A stretch of DNA of 64,000 bases, taken from NCBI RefSeq assembly GCF_018350175.1, contig NC_058368.1, positions 27,282,001 through 27,346,000 of the forward strand, given 5' to 3'. The notes under the pieces are model-generated. The model was not told the DNA's origin. It saw only the letters and a program-made list of their open reading frames with translations, and ran no database searches. The stretch's first letter is position 1; each line of letters starts with the position of its first letter. This document shows positions 12,401-23,665 of the stretch, one piece after another. Made by a program: the position numbers and the translations under genes. Origin of the DNA: Felis catus (lineage: Eukaryota).

Positions 12401-14656
12401 AGGTATAAAATGAGTACATAAAGAAAAAACTGAGTACAACAGAGCACAAATTATAGGATGATACTGTCTGCTTTCCCTTATATAAGAAGATAATAATGTT
12501 CACAGAAATTGCTTTCTGTGTGTAAGTGTGGCCAAAAAGACCAGCATGTGACCTACACTATACATGCATTAAAAATTGTTCTTTGATCATTGGCAGTGTC
12601 CATGGTTTATAGACCTCACGCTTTTGAGGAATGTATCTTCGAAGCCTGAAATCTACCTAAAGTCTATTTCGGAGGTGTTACAAAAGAACTTCCAAAAGGT
12701 CTTCCAAAAGGACTCTTTCCCCTGGTCTCTGCGTTGCTCTTTCTCTGCAGCCCACATCTTTGCCATCTCAATCGAAGCTTCTGCGTAGTTATAGCATTGT
12801 ATTTACTTTGTCTCTTCAGTAGGACTGTTTGAATGGGAACTTGAGAACAGAGAGTGCAAACAGAAAACAAACCTGTCAGGTGAGGGAAAATGCAAATTCT
12901 CTGATGTGTCCATATTTACTTTCATAAACTTGTCTGAGACTTACTTGATTGGCAGTTACGCCTCAATATCCCCGTTCAGGGGACAGAAGAGTCCCTTTCC
13001 CAGGGCCACACATGGTTGCAGAAGCAGAGTTCAAGGGCTTATTTTCCCCACAAGGGCTCAGCTGAAGGGTGAATGTGTGAACTGTTAAGGCTGAAACAGT
13101 TTCCTGCCAGTAACATTTTGGGGACTTCCACATCTGGGGGAAGCTGGAATTAAGGAACTCTAGGGTTTGAACCTTGATGTTCTATGAACCTGGGTGTGGT
13201 TGTCCTGAATCCTCAGGGCGTTAGAAAAAGCTTTGCTGAAAGTGAGACTCTTCTCGTTTTAATGGATCCAGCCCTATGTTTATGGATGAGATTGCTTCCT
13301 TTAATAATTCACTCAGCAGCAGAGTCAGCAATGATAACTTTCCCTATGCTAGATGTATTTTGGAAGGTAGAAAACAACGTCTGACAACATATTGTGTATG
13401 TGGTTGATGGATATCCATCAATGGGAGGTATGAGTTGACCCATTACATGTTTCATAAACAGCCTTCAGGTATAATATTGCCCTTCTCAGAAAAGCTGAAA
13501 TAATCTAAGTGTGGAAGCTCCTGTATTTTAAAACTTGCCTATATACAGACTTTGAAATTACATACTATCATAGTAGTATCTGGTCCTATTTCTTTTTCTG
13601 TCTTTAACGGAAAAAGAAATACTTTATCCCTAAGGTCTCAAGCTTTCTCTTTTATTATTTTGTTCAATTTAGAAATATAAAATGTAATATTTTTTAAAAG
13701 AATCGATTTCCTGAAAACAAAGTAATTTTACCTCTGTCATTTCTCTACACTTAAAAATGTAATGCCAAACAGTATTTTACTTTGCGTCCAAGGACTTTAT
13801 CTACCTCTCATGCCCATGCTGGTTGAGTTGTCTCTGGCAAATTTGGTAATTTTGTTTGATTTCATGATTTCAGAGGAAACCTTCTCTCTCATTCATATTC
13901 TCTGTCTGTCTCTGCCTCTGTTTGTCTGTCTCTCTCTCTTTCTCAATGTTGAGTTTTTCAAAGACAGACATGTCTTGGGTAAAACCTTATCATCCATTCA
14001 GTAACCGTTCCCTCCCTAACATGGAAGAATGACAACTTGTAGTTTAAAACTGGCTGCTAGACAGAATGGAAAAATGGAGGATGCAAGCTCAGATCCTTAA
14101 TGATATTTTGTGTTTGAGAAACGGCCAGACCTGCTTTCTTTCCTCTGTAGTACGTGCCAAATGGAAATTTTTCCTTTCTTCCAATGATATCACTTCTTTA
14201 GCATATATGTACGTATGTGCCTTTATTACACTAATGTACTGTTTAATGGGTCTGGAGATGCTGTTATTTATGGATTTCAGCTCATTCAAAGAACAGCTGC
14301 AAGAAGTCTCACAAAAGGGGAGCATCCCGGTAACCTGATGATGGCCCCACATTGGTTGCCAGGGAGGTGTGGAATCTTAGATCGTGAAGAATGACTTGTT
14401 AAGTGCACCAAAAGCTTATCTGGAAGGATCTAACATTTTTAAAAATTGTCTTTCTTTGACACTTTAAATTCGTCTGTGTTCTAGTTCCCAACAACAGTTT
14501 CCCCTTTTGTGTTCTTTAGTTTTCAAACCTCCAGCCTTTGGAATTGGACCCTGGAACTGAAGTTTATTCCTTTGTTCCTTTATTATTTCCTTCTTTCTCT
14601 TTTTATTTTCCTTTTTAGTTTCCTTCCTTTCTTCTATGACTGAATTCACTTGAAAA

Positions 14657-14790
14657 ACATATGTGTGTGTGTATATATATATACACATACAGTTTATATA
14701 TAGTTTTAAATATATTTTATAAATGTATACACATAGTATAATTATATATAATTATTACATATAAATAACATATAAGTATATATTATGTAC
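14657..14790. repeat. (TA)n-rich low-complexity tract
   Basis: Seen directly. Confidence 0.85.
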
Positions 14791-15599
14791 TTTAACATCA
14801 AACAAAATCATTCTGTTAAATTTTAAAAAATAAAATTTCAATACTTAACTCATCTCTACCCCCATTTTATAGCAATCTATGCTTTGTGGACAGTTACAGA
14901 TGGGTTTTATTATTCATAGCGTGTGTGTGTGTGTGTCCTTGGGACACGTGAAAGTTGGACAGGGTTAGCAAGAGTTGTGTTATTTACAGTGAGAAAAGCT
15001 GTGCTGTTTGTCTGTTTGTTTGTTTCTTTTGAGGGAGGAATGGGGGAAAATAGTATTTTCATAGGCTTGGTGAGTTTCAAAAATTATTTGCCCTGTTGAT
15101 GTAGCCCGGTGAAATCCTGAGAATAAATCGATCCTGTTGAACAGTTACGAAATTGGGTATGAGATTTTGCACGTGCATATACCTTAACAAAGAACAGGTT
15201 AGATTTCATCTGAACCCTGGACAGTGCTATATCATTAACCTTGGCATTTTGTACATCCGATTGGTTTTGTGATGATCTTGTCTTGCTAAAAGCTGTAAAT
15301 TCAAACTGCTAATTTCACAATTCGTCATCAGTTTCTTGAAAGCTTTCATAGTTGCATAAACAGAAGAATAGCCTAGAGAAGAAAATTCATACATCTTTTA
15401 ATTCACATTGTATTATTTTATAAAGGATTTGTGGAAAATAAAGAAATATTCTGCTACAATTTAGGTGTGGCATAGAAAACTAGGGCAGTGCTTACTTTTA
15501 GAAATATCAAGTGTTACTCGCTGTTTTAGAATTAATTACATAATTATCCCGTAGAACACTGAGATCCCAGGGTACCTTCATAGAAACACTACACTTCCA

Positions 15600-15755
15600 A
15601 ATAAAATAATAATAATTAGCATCTACTATATTCCAAGTGCTTTATTAGCTATAATTTTTTAACTCCCCACATCTCTGCGTGTAAGTAAACACCATTAACA
15701 TGATCAATCTTTTCTATAGTTTAGAAATAAGAAGACTAAGGCAGAGAAATGGATT
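15600..15755 (-). mobile_element. MIR, degraded
   Basis: agcatctactatattccaagtgcttta...ataagaagactaaggcagagaa. Confidence 0.5.
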
Positions 15756-16890
15756 TGAATGATAAATTAGGCATTATGGCTTTGAGTCATGTAAAGAGGC
15801 AGGTATTCAATAAGAACGATAGATGTTAGGAGAGTATAAAAATTACTCTTGCAACCATTCATAAATTACTAGGTAGTAATTAATTTAAAATATCATCTTT
15901 CTTCCAAGCATCAAGGAAATTTACATTTTTTTAAAAAATTGCCTGGCTTCCTTGAGACTCTTGGAAACGCCTAAGAGGTGATACAACTTACTTTGGAGTC
16001 ACCATTCTAGGTACATGGCAGCTACATGAAGTTGTATGACATTGAAACCATTGGTTGGTTGATTGAAGGCATGTAATAAATTAAGTGTCACAGAGTCTCA
16101 TTAGGGGATAAATTCAGGTTTACATCTTACATCTTGCCAACAAAGCAATGACTTTTTTTGTTTGTTTTTTATTTGTTGTATGACACAGTAACAGTTCATT
16201 ACTGTTCCCAATGGAACAGCATTAGTTTAGGATGGGCATGAAAGTGTGGGTGGGCACTATGGGCCCCTGGGACGTTTGATGTCCCCATGTGACACTATAA
16301 TCACTGAGGAGAAAACTACCTTTGGAACAGACAGTTATAGAGCCATGGAAAGCTAACGGCATCCCTAAAATACTGTTGCAAAAAGGCAAGGGGAAACATG
16401 GCAGGTCAGATACCAGTTGTAAAGCCTACAAAGTAAAGGGATGTTCTTTGATGTAATATTCCAGAACTGCAGACTCATTGGACAGAAAGTTGTGATTAAT
16501 GCCCATTTGGAGAGAACCCAAGCTGGCAGGAAGCCAGCCAACTAAACTTCATTTAGGGAGATAAGTAAGACAAATGGTGACCTTGCAACGATCTGAAACA
16601 ACTCGACTCCATGGCCATTTGAGCAAAAGAATGAACAGTCTAGCCGGACTCTGCTGTGGTGATCTGAACTGGTTGGAGGTAGACAGGGGAAAGTGCTGTG
16701 AGGTTTCATCATAGAAATATAGCTGGTGTGTGGGTAGCCAAAGGGCAGACATTTAGATCTGTTATGTATTTGTTACTGAGTTCATTTTCTATGGTGAGAA
16801 CGTTGTCTGATGGCATCCATTGCCATGGTGAATAATTGATTCACCACAAGTGAACAAGGTCTCAATTCATTTGGGTAGTAGAGTTTTTGG

Positions 16891-17112
16891 GTTTTTTTTT
16901 TTAATTTTTTAATGTGTGTTCATTTTTGAGAGAGAAACAGAGCATGAGTGGGGGAAGGGCAGAGAGAGAGGGAGACACAGAATCCGAAGCAGGCTCCAGG
17001 CTCTGAGCTGGCAGCACAGAACCCCATGTGGGGGGCTCAAACCCATGAATTGCAAGATCATGACTTGAGCCAAAGTCGGACACTTAAACTGACTGAATTG
17101 CCCAGGCGCCCC
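16891..17112 (-). mobile_element. CanSINE (SINEC_Fc2-like)
   Basis: Poly-T, gagagagagggagacacagaatccgaagcaggctccagg..., cccaggcgcccc. Confidence 0.93.
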
Positions 17113-17772
17113 ATGGGTAGGTGAGTTTCATTGCAAGGTATAAAGCATTTGTCTTGAGTGCAGTTTGCTCTCAAAGTTGGAATCGTTTTCTATTGAATGA
17201 TGATGTATCATCTGCCAACAAGCTATTGGAAAATATTCCCCACCATCTCATGTGCCCCTCCGGTCGAGGGCTAGGTGTTTGTGGAGACTATGGAAACAAT
17301 TTGCTATCACCCACCTACTCCTTGAAATACTGAAATCTGAGCTTCCATTTGAACTAAACTTATAAAGTGTGAACTAGACACACACAAACAGACCATCGCA
17401 TCTAATTCTAAAATACCCAATAGCAAAAACATGGGTTAGAAAAACGTCTAAGTTTATACCTAAATAAAAAGAAATAATTAAACTATTACATCAAATCCAC
17501 TTAAAATTCAAACTTCGCAGATCCCACACGTAAGCGGTATGTTTGGCCTTTCAGTTTTGAACTGCTGACTGTGCACTTAAAATACGTGTGCATGAAAAAC
17601 ACTGTATGTATGAATGCTATGTTTTTGCATTTTTAAGGATGGGGGGGAAGGTTATTTTATAAATAGCGGGCTATAGAGGGACCCTTCCCTTTGCAGCTTT
17701 ATTTAATGCTTTATTATTTGTTTTTACTAGAAGAGTGCTTTGCAAAGTTTAACAAAAATACATGCATATAGA

Positions 17773-17825
17773 TGTATGTGTGTGTGCGTGTGTGCGTGTG
17801 TGCGTGCACGCGCATGCGTGTGCGC
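17773..17825. repeat. Mixed (TG/CG)n alternating purine-pyrimidine tract
   Basis: Seen directly. Confidence 0.9.
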
Positions 17826-18062
17826 TGTGAGGCTAGGGAAAACCCAGACCCAACAAACTGTGGCCTGTTCAATTTATCTTCATAGAAATGAAAGAAACAA
17901 CTGTGTCTCTTTGCTGCCCCAACATCCTCTCCATCTTCTTTTATGAGAGGCGCACTATTCTTTCCCTCTGCCTCTGCTGGCTATTGTAATCTGGGCGCAC
18001 TCCTTTACCAACTTCACGGAGAATAGCTCCTGGCTTTTCTCTTCCTCTGCCCTCCATTTCCA

Positions 18063-18080
18063 CCCCCCCCCCCCCCCCCC
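18063..18080. repeat. Poly-C run (18 nt)
   Basis: Seen directly. Confidence 0.95.
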
Positions 18081-18537
18081 ACCGAATACATTTCACAGAC
18101 GACCGTCTTCCAAAATAACAACATCAATTAATTTTTTAACTTAAAGAAAATCATATTTAGCCCCGAGTCTGCCCTCTCCATTGATGTGTAGTGAGTGGAA
18201 GAGGCTGTGCCGGGGCTGATAAGCCCCGTCTGTGAAGTCTGTTCAGTAGGAGGCAAGGAAGGCCCTGGCCACTTGCACAAGGGGCTGCTTGCTTATTCAG
18301 GCAGCGTGGCTCTAGGTGAGCTGACAGCTGGCCCGCCCAGCGCACCCAGGGCAAACCTAGGCAGGGACCGGCTGGGCCGCCTGGGGCTCAGGAAGCGGCC
18401 CCTCCCTGAGTCTCAGTCTGTGACTGGAAGTTGTCCTTTGTTGTTCATTGGTTTTTGCCCAGACAACAGTGTTTTCCTCAAAGGCTCCCTCGGCTAACTG
18501 TCGTGATCTCTCACCACCCTCCTCTCCCCTTTTGCAG

Positions 18538-18681
18538 AATCCGATGACCTCCGTGGGGAACCTGCACTCAGCCATCAGAGCGCACCTGCCCCCAAGGATG
18601 CTCATAGTTCAGTCGTAGATGCAGGTGGCGTGGAAAGCATCAGCCGGTGTCCCCAGCAGCTTCCTCAGATGATGGCTGCAG
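18538..18681 (+). CDS. ENOX1: ENOX1 exon orthologous to the human start-codon exon (144 nt, phase 1-1). Coding start uncertain: the position of human Met1 (18612-18614) is GTC; first in-frame ATG is at 18669
   Basis: Polypyrimidine tract plus tttgcag acceptor ending 18537; gcag|gtaaat donor at 18682. From 18612 it reads VVDAGGVESISRCPQQLPQMMAA, versus recalled human MVDAGGVENITQLPQELPQMMAA. The frame is open across the whole exon. Confidence 0.9.
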
Positions 18682-19547
18682 GTAAATGTCAGTGGCCCGC
18701 CCAGGACACAAACAAGGCGTTGTGAGTTCTTAGGGGAAGAGCTTGCCCGGCCGTGAAAATAGGCATTGAACCGGGAACCTGGGATCCTTAAAGAAATGGG
18801 GCCATGGGACTAGCATACATCAAAACTCATTAAGTCAAATTTCACATGTTTTGCTGAGTTGTTTTTTTTTTTTTTTTCTGGCCCTGTGCTCTTTGTTTTT
18901 AATGTTATTTATTTGTTTATTTGGTTTTGACGAAAGTCTGAACTTATAAGAAATATTTTGGAAGAGTCATCTTAAGCAGACACCTGCATTTCCATAATGG
19001 AATGATACAAAAAGCTTAGAAAGGAAAGAGTATGTTACAAGGTAACCCTGATAAATTCAGTTAGGACCGAACTGAGTCGCTGCTTGGCGACTGTTTTTAA
19101 AAATTCTGTTAAATAGCTGGAAGGTGTGCCTGCTCCAAAATTCTACTCAGAAATAGATGATGGCATTTATTTTTAGTTTACTGAACCAATTGACTTTTTT
19201 TTTCCCTTACCAAAGGAGTGGTCCTGTTCTGCCTCTCCACCTTAGAACTTAACTCACGTTGTCTCACTAAGAGAAAGAAGCAGTTCCTCCATTTTTTTCC
19301 AGGAGTGCTTCCTTAATGGCATGCTGTGTGTAACACAAACTACATGTCATTAAGTTTCCTCCCAGAATGTATTTGGAAACCCTTTATGTTTACGTCTGGA
19401 GAAAACATTGCTGTAGATTACAGTGCTTTATTTTCGCGTGGTTGGGGAATGTGCTAAGTGAAGTCTCGCATCTCTAGCAATGTGATCTCCTTTAAAACAA
19501 ACACTTTTGCCTGTTGACTGGAAGTCACAGTTTGTTTTTCCCCGCAG

Positions 19548-19685
19548 CAGCTGATGGTTTGGGGAGTATAGCGATAGACACAACCCAGCTCAACATGTCC
19601 GTGACCGATCCCACAGCCTGGGCCACCGCCATGAATAACTTGGGCATGGTTCCCGTGGGGTTGCCTGGACAGCAGCTTGTGTCTG
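19548..19685 (+). CDS. ENOX1: ENOX1 coding exon (138 nt, phase 1-1)
   Basis: tttgtttttccccgcag acceptor and tctg|gtaagc donor. Encodes (A)ADGLGSIAIDTTQLNMSVTDPTAWATAMNNLGMVPVGLPGQQLVS, identical to the ENOX1 N-terminus as recalled. Lies within ORF-track 19514..19750 and joins in frame to the previous exon. Confidence 0.95.
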
Positions 19686-20569
19686 GTAAGCTTGGATTTC
19701 AAGGTACTTCGCAGCAGTACCAAAGGGTGTTGGTGACAGGTGTCCAGTAATCTACCCACACGCAAGTGTCGAGCATAGTCAACATGGGGCATGTTTATGA
19801 CTGGGATTTGTCTGGCAGGTTGTGCTTGAGATTCTTTTCCTCGTCACCTTGCTCTCCTGCCCGCCAGCTATTCTCAGAAAAAGCCATGTGTAGTATATAT
19901 CATCGGTGGCATTGCGATATCAATTTCATGTTTTAAATTGCTAAACAGAAGAGCTAACGTTTGCTTTGTAATTTGCAAAACTCCTTCACCTACAATATGC
20001 CATCTGATTCCACAGTCGTCTTTTTGAGGCAGGTGGATATTGTTTGTTTGCTTACGAATGTTCACATTTCAAAGACGGGGAAACAGAGGGCCAGCATTCA
20101 GGTGGCTTTTCCAGCACTGCGGTGGCAGAACTAGAAATTCAACTCAACGGACACTAGTCCACATTTTTCCCGTCACTCTTTGGAATCACAATACGATGCA
20201 TTCAATAGGGAAAATGTTTAGAAATGTCCCCAAGTAGAAGGCCGTTTAAAAGATTTCATCATTTAATTTAATACATCTTTATTGAGGACTTTCCGTGTGC
20301 TGTGGAACAAATACTCCGGGGAAGAGAACAGATATATACATACATAAGTGTTTCTGAGGACCATGTCTCCCTAAATTGCAAAGCACAGCAACAACAACAA
20401 CAACAAAACCCAGCGATTAGAATAATGTGTAGAATCAGGTGCGAAGTGGTAACACGGGCCAATAATGTAGTAATTTCCAGAAGGGTCAATCACTGGGGCT
20501 CTAAGAGAGGATATTCTCAGAAGAGTAGGACTTGGGCTGTCCAGAAAGATACATAAAACTTGCAGTATC

Positions 20570-20690
20570 CACTCATTCGCTCCTTCGTTCATTCAACAAA
20601 CATTTATTGAGTTACTGTCCTGGTGTGGGTGCTCCAGCTATAAACAAACCAGGCATGGTCCCTGCCCTCCCAGAATTTCCAATGAAGAGG
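20570..20690 (-). mobile_element. L2 3' end
   Basis: cattcaacaaacatttattgag...acaaaccaggcatggtccctgccctc. Confidence 0.7.
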
Positions 20691-21233
20691 TGACAGTCAG
20701 TTATTATGTTATGGTCATTGTTACGTCAGAGGAACAATTCACTTTTGCCCGTCAAGTCAGATGAGGGTAGATGGTATGCACCAAGTAGAAAGCAGCCCCC
20801 ATTGGAGAGGTAGTTTCCGCCCCCACAAACCTGTGTCTTTTGTGCTGAGGTGACCAAGCATTTGTTTGTTTTTGTTGTTGTTTTTATTGTTTTTCAATAG
20901 TGGCCATAGATAGGAAATTCTAAACTAGTTACAGTAAGTTTTATGTGTGTGTGTACCTGTACATATATATATATATATATATATATGTACATGCACACGT
21001 ACATATATGTGAATATATACGTATGGGTTTTTTTTTTTTAATATAACAAGAAAGAACAGGGGAGAAGACAGGAGACAGCGACAAGTGGGAGACAGAAAAA
21101 AGAGAGTCAGATCCTGAGTTACAAAACAGTATTCTTAGGATATTTATGAAATTCTCCAAAGTATAAAACTCGCGTTGAGTTGAGGATTAGTCTGGTGCGT
21201 GCTGTGTATATATGTGCAGCAGTGACATTTTCT

Positions 21234-21979
21234 TTTTTTTTTTTTTTGTCACATGCTTTCTTTGCATTTTTGAAATTTTGTTTTCAACATACGAAATTTA
21301 TTGTCAAATTGGTTTCCATACAACAACCCAGTGCTCATCCCAAAAGGTGCCCTCCTCAATACCCATCACCCACCCTCCCCTCCCTCCCACCCCCCATCAA
21401 CCCTCAGTTTGTTCTCAGTTTTTAAGAGTCTCTTACGCTTTGGCTCTCTCCCACTCTAACCTCTTTTTTTTTCCTTCCCCTCCCCCATGGGTTTCTGTTA
21501 AGTTTCTCAGGATCCACATAAGAGTGAAACCATATGGTATCTGTCTTTCTCTGTATGGCTTATTTCACTTAGCATAACACTCTCCAGTTCCATCCACGTG
21601 GCTACAAAGGACCATATTTCGTTCTTTCTCATTGCCACGTAGTACTCCATTGTGTATATAAACCACAATTTCTTTATCCATTCATCAGTTGATGGACATT
21701 TAGGCTCTTTCCACAATTTGGCTATTGTTGAGAGTGCTGCTATAAACATTGGGGTACAAGTGCCCCTATGCATCAGTACTCCTGTATCCCTTGGGTAAAT
21801 TCCTAGCAGTGCTACTGCTGGGTCATAGGGTAGGTCTATTTTTAATTTTCTGAGGAACCTCCACACTGTATTCCAGAGCGGCTGCACCAATTTGCATTCC
21901 CACCAATAGTGCAAGAGGGTTCCCGTTTCTCTACATCCTCTCCAGCATCTATAGTCTCCTGCTTTGTTCATTTTGGCCA
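21234..21979 (-). mobile_element. 5'-truncated young L1 (L1_Fc-type): ORF2 C-terminus plus 3'UTR
   Basis: ORF 21507..22100(-) contains the L1 ORF2 C-terminus (CWRGC...[17 protein letters not shown]...TPMFIAALSTIAKLWKEPKCPS); poly-T; 16-bp TSD ag(c/t)agtgacattttct at 21218-21233 and 21980-21995. Confidence 0.95.
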
Positions 21980-23444
21980 AGTAGTGACATTTTCTATGGT
22001 CTGAACATGCGTTGATCCAGACCCCTTTTCCCGAAAGCTTACCCAGGCAGATACTTCCATCTACTAACTCGAGAGTAAAGATTTGCATTTTTCCACCCAA
22101 ATTTTCCCAACTGCCTAATTGAAATGCTTATTTAGCAGAAATTGCTCTTGTCTCCACCTCCCACTTGTGTCAGAAAATGTTGTGTAACTTCCAGAGTAAG
22201 CCACAACCTCAATAATTCATTATTTTTTCTTTATGATTTTGAGTCTTGTGACATTTTAACCATGACCAATTTATGATTTTCCCGGCAACTTACCATGAAA
22301 AGAATTACAGCCCCTGCTCGTTATAGAAGATTTACCGTATCTGCCCTGCATTACGTTCTCTATCTCCTGTACTAGCCAGACTGCTTCAACGGTTTTCGAA
22401 CCTCTCAGGGTCTTCCTGGGTGTCCCTTTGTCATTTCTGCATTCTGCCAGGTGAACTGTACTTCACGTGGTTCCTCGGGGCTCCCGCTGACCCCGTTTGT
22501 TGGCACTTTCTCAGGGTCGCGTTCTGTTTTATTCACTTAGTGTGCCTGCAGTTTCTTCCAGTCTTTTTTCCACGGAAACATTTTCATCACATTAAATACT
22601 CTATTGTGTATTTTTATTAACACCTTGTCCTAAATTAGTTTTTCCATTGTATTGTTTTATATGTAAGAAGTGTAAATAATCCGCTGAAAACAAACCTCCA
22701 ATTTATTTAACCAGCCTAGTGTTTACATTTAGGCTGTTTCCATTGTTTCACTCTTAGAAGGCAAGTTTGTTTGGAGAATTTAATGTCTTTAAGCACATAG
22801 AGAAGCATGTTACCTTTTTTTGTAAAATGGTGATTATGTCTAGTTCATGGGACTGTTGCGAGATTTTAATATGATAGTTTACATGCGATAACCACATAGC
22901 ACCTACACGTAGAAAGCATTCATTAACTATTAACTCTTATTCCTTCCTTCCTTTTTTGCTCATTTTTTAAAACAGGTAATATTATGTGAACCATTTCCAC
23001 GCATAGAGCTTTTCAGCAATTAGAATTACTGTCCTTGGATAGACTCCTGTATGTAAAACTAGCAGATCACAAGAAATGAACATTTGAAAGTTTCTTGTTA
23101 AATGCTGGGCGATTAATTTCCAAAATATGCGTATGTATTTAATATTCATTTGCTAATTTGATATGTAAAGATGGCATCCTAAGATTTTGCCCTCATTTTT
23201 TTTTATATCTACCCTTTGTAAATTATTTACCTCCTCTGTTATTAGTATTTCCTCTTTTGCAAATAGATTACTTTCATACTGTATCCATTTATCACACAGA
23301 GCTCAAACCTTTTTGGTTTACATTTGGTTATTTATTATTAAGCATTTTAATCTTTGGAATTCATATTTCCTAAAAACACTTATATAGTCTGGTTTTTTTT
23401 TTTTGCCTCTTAATGTTGTTTTTTTTTAAAAAAAATATATGTTT

Positions 23445-23665
23445 GGGGCGCCTGGGTGGCACAGTCGGTTAAGCGTCCGACTTCAGCTCAGGTCACGATC
23501 TCACGGTCCGTGAGTTCGAGCCCCGCGTCAGGCTCTGGGCTGATGGCTCAGAGCCTGGAGCCTGTTTCCGATTCTGTGTCTCCCTCTCTCTCTGCCCCTC
23601 CCCTGTTCATGCTCTGTCTCTCTCTGTCCCAAAAATAGATAAACGTTAAAAAAAAATTAAAAAAA
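23445..23665 (+). mobile_element. Young SINEC_Fc-type SINE
   Basis: Near-consensus; TSD aaaaaaatat(at)gttt. Confidence 0.95.

Noticed and set aside
9189..12712. Short direct duplications (gtcaaaccaag x2 near 9190; cttccaaaagg x2 near 12690)
   Set aside because: Ordinary slippage duplications with no array structure.
19514..19750. 78-aa ORF as a standalone gene
   Set aside because: Only 19548-19685 is exonic; the rest is intron beyond clear splice sites.
21507..22100. 197-aa ORF on the minus strand (also 46077..46532)
   Set aside because: C-terminal fragments of L1 ORF2 from 5'-truncated insertions fused to flanking DNA; no promoter, endonuclease or RT domain.
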